Positions 9,462 through 18,338 of a stretch of 64,000 nucleotides of DNA are shown in pieces (within the stretch, counting starts at the first letter, position 1; each line of letters begins with the position of its first letter). The translations under genes were made by a program, and so were the position numbers. The stretch covers positions 1,376,001 to 1,440,000 of the forward strand of contig CALSNU010000001.1 of assembly GCA_943787795.1 (NCBI GenBank). The letters are read 5' to 3'. This DNA is from an uncultured bacterium. Lineage in GTDB: Bacteria > Planctomycetota > UBA1135 > GCA-002686595. The notes beneath the pieces are model-generated. The model saw only the letters and a program-made list of their open reading frames with translations. It was not told where the DNA came from and ran no database searches.

Positions 9462-10975
9462 CAGAGCTCCTCCAGGGATGCGAGGATCGGGGCGACGGCG
9501 AGGGTCCAGCTCCAGAGGAGCAAGCCGAGGGCGGCGACGAAGAGTGATCGACGGAAGAGCCCGCGCGCTGGAGGGCAGCGCAGGCTCGCCAGCGCAGCGG
9601 CGGCGGGGACGATCAGCAGGGCCTCGCCCGGCGCCCGGAAGCGCGACATGGCCACGACCAGGGCGAGGGGCGCGGTGGCCGCGCATGCGGCGGCGACGAG
9701 CCCCGCGGCTCCCGGAGAGAGCGGCACCATGATGGATCCGTAGGCGGCGAGCAGGAGGAGGGCCAAGACCATGGCGATGGAGACCAGGGTCAGGGGGACG
9801 CTGAACGGCCTGGAGGTCAGGACGCTGCAGTATCCGCCGGTGGCCTTGACGCCCGCGACCTCCGGGTCGGGCGGAGGCATGCGCAGGTAGCGCGTCATGT
9901 AGGACAGCGGCGTGAGCAGGTCGGCCACCTTCACCGCGCGCGTGCGGAGGAAGAAGCCCGTGTGGGCCCTGATGAACGCCCGTCCCGTGGCGACCGCGAG
10001 CCGGTTTCGCTCGGCGACGTCCGGGAGGAACTGGAACCGCCACTGCTCCATGTCCGCGGGCGGCTCCAGGAGGCTCGCGCGGAGCGAGGCTCCCGGTGCG
10101 CCGGCATCGGGGACGTCGAGCCCGACGAGGTCGAAGTTGATGTAGTCGCGGTTCCAGCCCATGTAGGCGTTGAGGCCGGCGGTCCGTCCGAGGAGCTGGA
10201 GGGACCCCAGGTCCGCGCTGGCCCGGGCGGACCAGGGCGCGATCGTCATGGCGGCGGCGCCCAGGAAGAGGACGGCCCGGCGGACTCCCGTGGACCAGCG
10301 CCGCGACTCCAGCTGAGCAGGACGGCCGAGGGAGCAGACGCCCCACAGGCCCAGGGCCCCGAGCCAGAAGAGGCAGGCCTCCTTGGTGAGGCAGGCGAGG
10401 CCGACGGCGAAGCCCGCGCCCACGAGCGCGGCGGTCCCGCGGTGCCCGCGCAGCTCCCCGGCGGCCACCGCCAGCAACAGCGCGCAGGCCGGGAGCAGGA
10501 GGGCGATGGCGAGCCCCTCGCTGAGGAGCACGTGGGCGAAGGGGACCAGCGGCAGGTACAGGGCGGCGACCCACCCCGCCAGTCGACCCGCGCGCTCCGA
10601 GTGGGCGCGGGTGGCGAGCACCATGAGCCACCCGCAGGACCACACCGAGAGGAGGGTCAGGACCACACGGGCGGCGGTCTCCCCAGCCTCGCCGAAGACC
10701 GACACGCAGGCGGCGATCAGCGCCGGGTGCAGGGGGGGCCACTGCCCCGTGTAGGCGCCGAGCTCGGACCAGGCGCGCCCGAGCCCAACGTAGGCGGGTT
10801 CGTCCCCGCGGAAGGCGCCGCCCGCCGCGGACATGAGCCACAGGCCCCGGACCACGGCTGCGCACAGGAGTGGCGCGAGCCAGCCCCCCGGGAGCCAGCG
10901 TGCCTGGCTCGGGTGCTCGGTCGGCGCCGCCACGGGGGGCGGCTCCGCGGGGGCGATGTTGGGGCTGGGCCTCAT
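9461..10975 (-). CDS. Polytopic GT-C glycosyltransferase (ArnT/PMT-like)
   Basis: GDEPAY acidic motif after TM1, WPPLHPALIA, LLSEGL, C-terminal RFRAP; many TM segments. Confidence 0.75.
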   Translation of the reverse strand: MRPSPNIAPAEPPPVAAPTEHPSQARWLPGGWLAPLLCAAVVRGLWLMSAAGGAFRGDEPAYVGLGRAWSELGAYTGQWPPLHPALIAACVSVFGEAGETAARVVLTLLSVWSCGWLMVLATRAHSERAGRLAGWVAALYLPLVPFAHVLLSEGLAIALLLPACALLLAVAAGELRGHRGTAALVGAGFAVGLACLTKEACLFWLGALGLWGVCSLGRPAQLESRRWSTGVRRAVLFLGAAAMTIAPWSARASADLGSLQLLGRTAGLNAYMGWNRDYINFDLVGLDVPDAGAPGASLRASLLEPPADMEQWRFQFLPDVAERNRLAVATGRAFIRAHTGFFLRTRAVKVADLLTPLSYMTRYLRMPPPDPEVAGVKATGGYCSVLTSRPFSVPLTLVSIAMVLALLLLAAYGSIMVPLSPGAAGLVAAACAATAPLALVVAMSRFRAPGEALLIVPAAAALASLRCPPARGLFRRSLFVAALGLLLWSWTLAVAPILASLEEL

Positions 10976-11004
10976 CAGTGATCGCAAGCTACACGATGCC
11001 GCGC

Positions 11005-12426
11005 TCAGCGCAGCGCAGAGAGCGTCTGTTGAACGCCCTCGATGGACGGAACCCACAGCAGGAGCAGCCCGGCGCCGATCACGGTGGCCGCTCGCCGGCG
11101 CGTCTTGCCGTCGTCGGCCCGAGTCCCGATCAGCGCGAGGGCCGCGAACCCGATCAGGAGCGGGAGCGCCGGAAGCCGGTAGCGGCTCATGCCGTTGACG
11201 AGGGCGGAGAGGACGACCACGCCGCTGACGCTCAGGAGAAGGCCGCGGTGGGCGGCGCTCGCCTCCATGGCCCACCAGCCCCGGAGCGCGAGCAGGAGGA
11301 GCGCTGGGACCATGAGGACCGCGCAGGCCGCGAAGGCCAGACGGGCGCCGGCGCCCCCGAGCGGCGGGCCAGGCGACGCGAGCCGAAGGCTGCGGACAGG
11401 GAAGGAGAGCGGGCTCAGCAGGTCCACGAGCTCGACGACGCGGCTCCGAAGGAAGAAGACCGGGTGGCGCGCGGCATAGCGCAGGCCCTGGGTCACATTC
11501 GCCCGGGCTCGCGCTGCGGGCGCGCCCTGACTCTCCGCGCTCCAGGCCTCGGGCGCCGGACCGCGGATCGCCGCTCGCAGGGCGCCGGGGGCCCGGGCAG
11601 GGGCGCCGCCGAGTCCGGCGAGGTCGTAGTTCACGTCGTGGGCATTGAGCCCGACGTGAGCGCTACCGCCGGTGGAGATCGCGATGGGCACCAGCTGCCC
11701 ATGCACGGCGGCGTTGCGCAGGGTCCACGGGAGGATCGTCGCGAGCGAGCAGGCCACCATCGTCAGCGCGAGGGAGGCGCGCGACGCGCCGCCGGCGGCT
11801 CCGTTCCGTGCGAGCCACAGGCCGAGGATGGGAACGAAGAGGAGGCTGCTCTCTCGGACGAGCGCCGCGAGCCCCAGGAGCACGCCCGCGCCCGCTGCTA
11901 CTCGCAGCGAGGCCGCGCTGGAGCGGCGGCTCGCGGCCGCGAGCAGGGCGAGGGCCGGGGTGAAGAGCGCGAGGTGGAGCGGCTCGGAGTAGAGGAGCCC
12001 GGCGAAGCCAGCGAGGGGCAGGTAGAGCGCGGCGATCCACGCGGCGCAGGCGCCGCCGCGGCGGCCGCCGATGATCGCGGCGAGCGCGGCGATCCAGGCG
12101 ACGTTCCACAGCCCGAGCACGACCTGCAGCCCCCGAAGGGCCGCGGTGGAGGCGTCGCCCAGGAGGCCGCCGAGGACGGCGATGAGGGCGGGGTACCCGG
12201 GGGCCCAGATGCCCTCATAGGTGCCCTCGAGGCGCCATCGCTCTCCGAGAAGGAGATAGGCGCGCTCGTCGCCCGCGGGGTCCGTCCCACTGAATGCGAT
12301 CGCCACCGCGATCCGCACGCAGGCGGCCGCCAGGAGCGGCAGCAGCAGGGAGGGCCAGAGGGGACGCTGAAACGAGCCCTCAGCCGCGTCCTCCCTCACC
12401 GCATCGTCCTCTGAGCTGGCATTCAT
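11005..12426 (-). CDS. Polytopic GT-C glycosyltransferase (ArnT/PMT-like), paralog of 9461-10975
   Basis: GDERAY, WAPGYPALIA, LYSEPL, PWTLRN, RYRLP. Confidence 0.78.
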   Translation of the reverse strand: MNASSEDDAVREDAAEGSFQRPLWPSLLLPLLAAACVRIAVAIAFSGTDPAGDERAYLLLGERWRLEGTYEGIWAPGYPALIAVLGGLLGDASTAALRGLQVVLGLWNVAWIAALAAIIGGRRGGACAAWIAALYLPLAGFAGLLYSEPLHLALFTPALALLAAASRRSSAASLRVAAGAGVLLGLAALVRESSLLFVPILGLWLARNGAAGGASRASLALTMVACSLATILPWTLRNAAVHGQLVPIAISTGGSAHVGLNAHDVNYDLAGLGGAPARAPGALRAAIRGPAPEAWSAESQGAPAARARANVTQGLRYAARHPVFFLRSRVVELVDLLSPLSFPVRSLRLASPGPPLGGAGARLAFAACAVLMVPALLLLALRGWWAMEASAAHRGLLLSVSGVVVLSALVNGMSRYRLPALPLLIGFAALALIGTRADDGKTRRRAATVIGAGLLLLWVPSIEGVQQTLSALR

Positions 12427-12477
12427 CGGTGCGAGCGGCGCGGCGGGCCGGGCAGGTGGTGCGCCGGCCGCGGATGC

Positions 12478-14007
12478 TCAGAAGAGCGTGTAGATGAAGG
12501 GGGCCACCAGCGGCGAGGAGGCCGCCACGACCAGCAGGCTGCCGACGCTGAGCAGCACGCTCAGCAGCGGCATCAGGTACCAGTGCCCGCGCAGGGTGAA
12601 GGACCGCAGAAGCTCCGCGATGGTGCCAATCCGGTCTCCGAGCTTGAACAGGACGAAGGTCAGGATGGTCAGCAGGAGGCCGAGGATCGTCAGCTGGGAG
12701 GCCTGGGGTGGGAGCGCCTCCACGAGCCACGTCACGCCGAGGCCCGTGCTGAAGACCACGGCGAGGAGGGCGGCGACGCTGCCGAAGCCAACGAGCGCGC
12801 TCTCGTCCGGATACGTCCGCCTGTATAGGGTTCCGAGCGCGCCCGTCAGAGCCAGATACCAGAGGACCCAGACGGGCACCTGGCCGCTGCTCTTCACGGG
12901 TCCTGTGGGGAGAGTCTGCGACGCGCCCTCGCCAAGGGGAGGAAGGAGCTTCGCGCCTTCCAGCGCCCCGTGGAGGGAGACGGCGAGCGCGACGTTGCCG
13001 TCGGCGTTGAGGTGGAAGTCCCGTCGGTAGTAGGGCGGGGCCTCTGCCGCGAAGGACTCGATGGCGACCAGCGGGTCGAAGACCATGGCGCCCGTCGCCC
13101 GCGCGGCCTCGATGAAGAGCGCATGGGGCCGCGCCGGGTCCAGGGGGGCGCCGGCGACCGCGGGCGGGGCGCTCGCCTGGGTCTTCGAGGGGATCGGGCA
13201 CACGGCGAAGCGCGCGCCGAGGGCCTCGCAGCGCGCTGACATGGCGGCGATCAGGGCGCGGGTGCGAGTCTCGGCTTCTAGGACCGCAGGCGGCGGGTCC
13301 GTCAGCCGTGAGGAGAGCTCTGCGGAGAGCGTGATCTCTCCCGACGTGATGAGGGGCACGCTCGGGGCGCCGCGGAGTCGATACCAGGCCTCTCCGAGGG
13401 CGGAGCGGCGGCTCCAGTGCCGGGCTGGTGGCGACGCGAGGCTTCGCTCTACGAGGACGCCTTCGCTGTCGTAGAGGGGCTTGTCCTGGCCGAGGTAGGT
13501 GGGGCTTTGATTCCACCAGATGTCGTTCTCGTAGGCGAAGTAGACGACCAGGTCAGGGGCGACCGCCTCACCGTTCAACTCGAGCCATCGCAGGGACTGA
13601 TCGGTGGAGTACCCCTGGGTCCCCGCGTTCATGATCTCCACCGGGCGGCCCTCGATCTGCAGGGCCCGCTCGAGCTGGTCCACGAAGAGGTCCTCGCGGT
13701 CCACGGTGTACCCGACCACGAAGGAGTCCCCGAGAAAGAGCGCGCGCCGGGTGCCCTCAGGCGCCGGTGCGAGGGCGTCGTAGTCGTCCCGGAGCCCCGC
13801 GCCGTCGTTGGTGAGCGTGACGTCGTACTCGCCGGTCGAGCGCTCGATGGTCTTGCCGGGGGTCTTCCGCCAGCCGAGCTCTGGGTCGAACTCCGTGTTG
13901 ACCACCGTCGGCGTGAAGCCGAGCGCGCGGAGGCCGAGCTCGGTGACCCCGAGGGCGATGCCGGCGGTGACGAGCAGCGCGAGGATGACGTTGAGGGTCT
14001 TCATCAC
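12478..14007 (-). CDS. SGNH protein fused to C-terminal TM helices and an SxtK/DUF5989-like tail
   Basis: LGDSFVVG, NAGTQGY, YEND, DFHLN; ends ELLRSFTLRGHWYLMPLL...SPLVAPFIYTLF. Confidence 0.88.
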   Translation of the reverse strand: MMKTLNVILALLVTAGIALGVTELGLRALGFTPTVVNTEFDPELGWRKTPGKTIERSTGEYDVTLTNDGAGLRDDYDALAPAPEGTRRALFLGDSFVVGYTVDREDLFVDQLERALQIEGRPVEIMNAGTQGYSTDQSLRWLELNGEAVAPDLVVYFAYENDIWWNQSPTYLGQDKPLYDSEGVLVERSLASPPARHWSRRSALGEAWYRLRGAPSVPLITSGEITLSAELSSRLTDPPPAVLEAETRTRALIAAMSARCEALGARFAVCPIPSKTQASAPPAVAGAPLDPARPHALFIEAARATGAMVFDPLVAIESFAAEAPPYYRRDFHLNADGNVALAVSLHGALEGAKLLPPLGEGASQTLPTGPVKSSGQVPVWVLWYLALTGALGTLYRRTYPDESALVGFGSVAALLAVVFSTGLGVTWLVEALPPQASQLTILGLLLTILTFVLFKLGDRIGTIAELLRSFTLRGHWYLMPLLSVLLSVGSLLVVAASSPLVAPFIYTLF

Positions 14008-14014
14008 GGACGGT

Positions 14015-15805
14015 TCAGGACACCATCTGGGTCACGGAGTCGCCGTCGTGGCGCAGGTGGAAGGTCGTCTCGGCGATCTTCTTCTTGGCGCTCGCCTCGA
14101 CGATGAAGTTGTTCATGAACAGGAAGTCCATGCCCGACAGCGAGAACGTGTTGAAGGCGTGGGCGGGCGACTCGACGATGGGCTCGCCCTTGAGGTTGAA
14201 CGAGGTGTTCATGATCACCGGCACGTCGGTGAGCTCGCCAAAGCGCTCGATGATGCGGTGGTAGGCCGGGTTGGTCTGGCGGTAGACCGTCTGGAGCCTG
14301 CCGGAGCCGTCCTCGTGGGTGATCGCTGGCAGCACGTCGCGCTTCTCCTCGCGCACGGGCGCCACGTAGAGCATGAAGCGCGCGGGCCAGTGCCGCTCGG
14401 GCTCGGGGATGTCAAAGAACTCGTCCGCGCGCTCCTCGATCACCGACGGCGCGAAGGGCCGGAAGGACTCGCGGAACTTGATCTTCGAGTTGAGCTTCTC
14501 CTTCATCTCCATGCGCCTTGGGTCGGCGATGATGGAGCGGCTGCCCAGGGCCCGTGGACCCCACTCGCAGCGGCCGCGCATCCAGCCGCAGACGTGGCCC
14601 GACTCCAGGGTCCGCGCAACGAAGTCGAAGAACTCTTCGTCGTCCGAGATCTTGCGATAGGGGATGTCGTTCGCCTCGAGGAACGACTGGATGGAGTCGT
14701 CCCCGTGCTCGCTGCCCAGGTACGCGTGCTCCAGGGCCGGGCCCCGCGGTTGGTCGAGCAGGTGGTTGTAGGCCCAGTAGGCGGCGCCGGCCGAGCACCC
14801 GTCGTCGCCGGGAGCGGGGTGGATGTAGACGTCCTCGAAGGGCCCCTCGCGCATCAGCTTGTAGTTGGCCACCGAGTTCAGGGCCACGCCGCCGGCGAGG
14901 CAGAGCTTCTTGAGCCCCGTGATCTCGTGCAGGTGCGTGATCATCTTCAGCAGGATCTCCTCGGTGACCCGCTGGATGCTCGCGGCCATGTCGCAGTAGT
15001 ACGGGTCTAGCGAGGTGTCCTGATGCTTCGGGTCTCGGCGTGGCCGGCCGAAGTGCGCCTCGAAGAGCGGGCTCAGGGTGTCGTTGGTCGAGTGGTGGTA
15101 CTTGAAGTACCGCATGTCGTGCCAGAGTGACCCGTCCTCGGCGACATCGAGGAGCTTGTAGATCTCGTCGCAGTACTTCGGCTCACCGTAGGGGTGCATC
15201 CCCATGAGCTTGTATTCGCCCTCGTTGATCTCGAAGCCGCAGTACGCAGTGAAGGCAGAGTAGAGCAGGCCGAGGGAGTGCGGGAAGCGCATCTCCTTGA
15301 GGACCTCGATCTTGTTCCCGCGACCGACGGCCATGGTGGAGGTGGTCCACTCACCCGCGCCGTCGACGGTGAGGATCGCGGCCTCCTCGAAGGGCGACGT
15401 GTAGAAGCTCGACGCCGCGTGGGAGACGTGGTGGTCCGCGAAGAGGAACTTGGAGCGCGGCACCTCGAGGCGCTTGCTCATCATCGACTTGATCCAGAGC
15501 TTGTCCGAGATCCAGCGCTGCATGGACTCCCGGAAGACCGCTGCGCTCTTCGGGAACGTGGCCATGGCGGTGAGCAGCATGCGCTCGAACTTCACGAAGG
15601 GCTTCTCGTAGAAGACCACGTAGTCCACGTCGTGGATCGTGATGCCACCCTGCTTCAGGCAGAACTCGATGGCGAGTTCGGGAAAGCCTGAGTCGTGCTT
15701 CTTGCGGCTGAAGCGCTCCTCCGCGGAGGCCGCCACGAGCACACCGTTCTTCACCAGTGCGGCGGCAGAGTCGTGGTAGTAGAAGGAGAGGCCGAGGACG
15801 TTCAT
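14015..15805 (-). CDS. Carbamoyltransferase (NodU/CmcH/TobZ family, SxtI-like)
   Basis: YHDSAA, EERFSRKKH, HHVSHAAS, TVDGAGE, AGGVALN, EWGPRALGSRS, KFRESFRPFAPS, NTSFN. Confidence 0.96.
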   Translation of the reverse strand: MNVLGLSFYYHDSAAALVKNGVLVAASAEERFSRKKHDSGFPELAIEFCLKQGGITIHDVDYVVFYEKPFVKFERMLLTAMATFPKSAAVFRESMQRWISDKLWIKSMMSKRLEVPRSKFLFADHHVSHAASSFYTSPFEEAAILTVDGAGEWTTSTMAVGRGNKIEVLKEMRFPHSLGLLYSAFTAYCGFEINEGEYKLMGMHPYGEPKYCDEIYKLLDVAEDGSLWHDMRYFKYHHSTNDTLSPLFEAHFGRPRRDPKHQDTSLDPYYCDMAASIQRVTEEILLKMITHLHEITGLKKLCLAGGVALNSVANYKLMREGPFEDVYIHPAPGDDGCSAGAAYWAYNHLLDQPRGPALEHAYLGSEHGDDSIQSFLEANDIPYRKISDDEEFFDFVARTLESGHVCGWMRGRCEWGPRALGSRSIIADPRRMEMKEKLNSKIKFRESFRPFAPSVIEERADEFFDIPEPERHWPARFMLYVAPVREEKRDVLPAITHEDGSGRLQTVYRQTNPAYHRIIERFGELTDVPVIMNTSFNLKGEPIVESPAHAFNTFSLSGMDFLFMNNFIVEASAKKKIAETTFHLRHDGDSVTQMVS

Positions 15806-15814
15806 GGTGGGCGG

Positions 15815-16024
15815 TCAGTCCTGGTGCCGGGCGGCGGCCACGTCCTCGTTCGTGCTCTCCCACTTGGTCCAGTTCCCCGCTTGGCGCCGCTTGAGGTGCA
15901 GCGGGTCGCAGACGCGCTGATACACGAGCGCGACGGGGCCGAGCACACCGTAGTAGAGGGCCGTCAGCAGTAGCCTCGAGACCATGCTGCCGAAGCGTTC
16001 CGTGAACTGAGCGAGGGCTTGCAT
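15815..16024 (-). CDS. Short SxtJ-like membrane protein (69 aa)
   Basis: SRLLLTALYYGVLGPVAL...DPLHLK...W pattern typical of the SxtJ C-terminal half; directly upstream of the carbamoyltransferase. Confidence 0.75.
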   Translation of the reverse strand: MQALAQFTERFGSMVSRLLLTALYYGVLGPVALVYQRVCDPLHLKRRQAGNWTKWESTNEDVAAARHQD

Positions 16025-16160
16025 GGGCCGCGGTGGTGGGGCGGGTCGAGCCGGAGGAAGAGGGGGGGGATGGCGCGGCCGTCGCTTACGCGGTGGCGGT
16101 CGCTCTGCTACCCACCTCTATCGGCGCAGCTTATCCACGCGGCTGTCCTCAAGCCCGGAT

Positions 16161-17630
16161 TTATCGGACGAGAACCCCCTTGAGCAGCTCCTCTCGCTGA
16201 TAGGTGGCGTCTCCATTCAGGTCGCGGTAGGCGTCGATCTCGATCTCGGTCCCCGGCTCGATCCGGTCAAGCACCAGCTGCAGGGTCGCCTTGTCGCTCA
16301 GGCGGATGGCCCCGGAGCGCGGGCGGGTCCGCGGGCGAAGGGCCGGGATCACGTCGCCGGGGCGGAGTCCAAGCTCTGCCGCCGAGCTCCCATCTCGAAC
16401 TCGCTGGACCATGAGGAAGCGACTGCGACCGAGCTGCCGCTCCGTCACGGTGACCCCGATCTCGGAGAAGAACCTGCCGTTCATGTCGTCCCAGGATCGT
16501 AGGGTCACGATCTCGGAGGCCCCTCCCGTCCCGCTGTCGGCGCGGATGATCCCCACCGTGAAGTCCGCGCCTGAGTCGATCTGAAGTGACTGGAGCAGGA
16601 AGGACTCGGAGTCGGGGATGGGCACCCCGTTCAGGGACACCACCTGGTCGGCCTGGCAGATGCCGGCTGCGGCGGCGGGACCCTGGTCCCAGACGCGCGT
16701 CACGGTCAGTTCACCCGCCCGCTCCTCGACGTCGAAGCCGAGCCATGAGCGGCGGGCGTCGGGGAACAGGCTGTCCGTGAGCACCTGGCGCACCCGGTCC
16801 ACAGGAATGGCGAAGCCGATGTTCTCTGCGTCGGTGTTCATGACCGTGTTGATCCCGATCAGTTCACCGTGAATATTCAGCAGGGGGCCGCCGGAGTTCC
16901 CGCGGTTGATCGAGGCGTCGGTCTGGATGAGCCCGCGGAAGTGGAGCTGGCGCCCGGGGACAGGGACCTCGCGGTAGAGGCCGGAGATGATCCCCGTGGA
17001 GACCGTGTAGGTCTGGCCGTGGGGGTTGCCGATGGCCACGACGCGCTCGCCTGGCATCAGGTCCGAGCTTGTTCCCATGCGGACCGTGGGGAAGGCGCTC
17101 TCCCCGGCCGGGCGCAGGTCGGCCGCGCCGTCGTCGTCCGGGAGCTCGGGCGCAGTGACCCCCGCGGCGACTCCCAGGGGTTGGATCTTGAGCAGCGCGA
17201 GATCCTCCTCGCGCACGGAGGACATCAGCCGCGCGGGGTACTGATTCGGATCGCCATCGAAGGAGACTGTGATCTGCTGGGCGCCTTCCACGACGTGGTA
17301 GTTCGTGACGATGAATCCCGAGGGGTGGATCACCACCCCTGAGCCCGAGCCGGACATCACCTGGCGCTGAAAGCCGAAGATCGTGCGGACGTTCTGGACC
17401 ATCTCGGTCTCCACGTACACCACGGAGGGCTTCACCGCCTGGGCGACGCGAGCCTCCGGTGTCTCGCGCTCGATGGAGCGCAGGGACTCGTAGAGCTCCA
17501 GTCGACCTTGGTCCACCTCGCCCTGTGCGGGAGCTGAACCCAGCTGGGCGTACAGCGGCGCGCCGCTCGCGGCGGCGAGGCAGAGGGCGGCGAGGAAGAG
17601 GCCGAGGGGGCGTCGGTTGGGTTGAGTCAT
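16161..17630 (-). CDS. HtrA/DegP-like serine protease with PDZ domains
   Basis: Signal peptide; GSGSGV, VTNYHVV, DLALLK, IQTDASINRGNSGGPL; PDZ-like C-terminal repeats. Confidence 0.92.
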   Translation of the reverse strand: MTQPNRRPLGLFLAALCLAAASGAPLYAQLGSAPAQGEVDQGRLELYESLRSIERETPEARVAQAVKPSVVYVETEMVQNVRTIFGFQRQVMSGSGSGVVIHPSGFIVTNYHVVEGAQQITVSFDGDPNQYPARLMSSVREEDLALLKIQPLGVAAGVTAPELPDDDGAADLRPAGESAFPTVRMGTSSDLMPGERVVAIGNPHGQTYTVSTGIISGLYREVPVPGRQLHFRGLIQTDASINRGNSGGPLLNIHGELIGINTVMNTDAENIGFAIPVDRVRQVLTDSLFPDARRSWLGFDVEERAGELTVTRVWDQGPAAAAGICQADQVVSLNGVPIPDSESFLLQSLQIDSGADFTVGIIRADSGTGGASEIVTLRSWDDMNGRFFSEIGVTVTERQLGRSRFLMVQRVRDGSSAAELGLRPGDVIPALRPRTRPRSGAIRLSDKATLQLVLDRIEPGTEIEIDAYRDLNGDATYQREELLKGVLVR

Positions 17631-17968
17631 GGGGGGATGAGTTGGGTCCGTGGCACCGTGCGGCTCCAGCGGGTGGGGCGGAGGCGCTCCTATTCTCGTA
17701 CGCCGGCCCCCTGACTTCGTGAGCAGAATCATGCTCCCGACCGTGGTGAGGCCAGTGTCTCGCCTTCCAGCGCTCCACCCCGGCGATCGGGCCGCGGTCG
17801 AAACCCGCTGCAGGCAGCCAGCAGGAGGACCTCAGCGGGTTGAAACCAGACCCCATCAGCCCCGGGACCCGGTCTGCGCCTGGATCCCTCTGGCCCGTCC
17901 CCGCATGGGCCAGTGCATGGGTCCGTCCCGCACGAGCCACCCCTTCGGCTCCTGAAAGGGCCATGAAG

Positions 17969-18007
17969 AAAGCCCTCGCAGGGCACTGGGCCGCCGGCGA
18001 GGGCTTT
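17969..18007 (-). terminator. Hairpin immediately 3' of tRNA-Val
   Basis: AAAGCCCTCGC...GCGAGGGCTTT 11-bp inverted repeat, followed by CTT on the minus strand. Confidence 0.55.
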
Positions 18008-18010
18008 GGG

Positions 18011-18087
18011 TGGTGGACCTAAGTGGATTCGAACCACTGACCTCTACGATGTCAACGTAGCGCTCTAACCAACTGAGCTATAGGTCC
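18011..18087 (-). tRNA. tRNA-Val(GAC)
   Basis: GGACCTA acceptor stem, anticodon arm CTACG-TTGACAT-CGTAG, GGTTCGAATCC T-arm, encoded CCA. Confidence 0.97.
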
Positions 18088-18100
18088 TCGACGGCGCGAG

Positions 18101-18129
18101 AATCTATCCGCGAAGGGCCGCGGCCTCAA
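18101..18129 (-). promoter_or_regulatory. Sigma70-like promoter of tRNA-Val
   Basis: TTGAGG-17 bp-TAGATT on the minus strand. Confidence 0.6.
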
Positions 18130-18338
18130 CGCTTTTTCCCGTGCTATCCGTCGCCTGACCGACCGCTGGCGGTTCCCGCGGACCCAGCGCGGGCCTAGAC
18201 TCTCCGCCCGGGTCTGCTCGCAGTCCCCGGTGCCCGCCCCCCTCAATCCCTCCCAGGTCACTGCGGAGGGAGCCCCCATCCTCGAGTTCGGACCAGACTG
18301 GTCCGCCGAGACCCCCTCTGAGTAGTCGAGATCAACAC

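Noticed and set aside
12478..16024. Saxitoxin biosynthesis cluster (sxtI/J/K-like genes)
   Set aside because: No sxtA, sxtG or other toxin genes; the context is glycosyltransferases and SGNH proteins.
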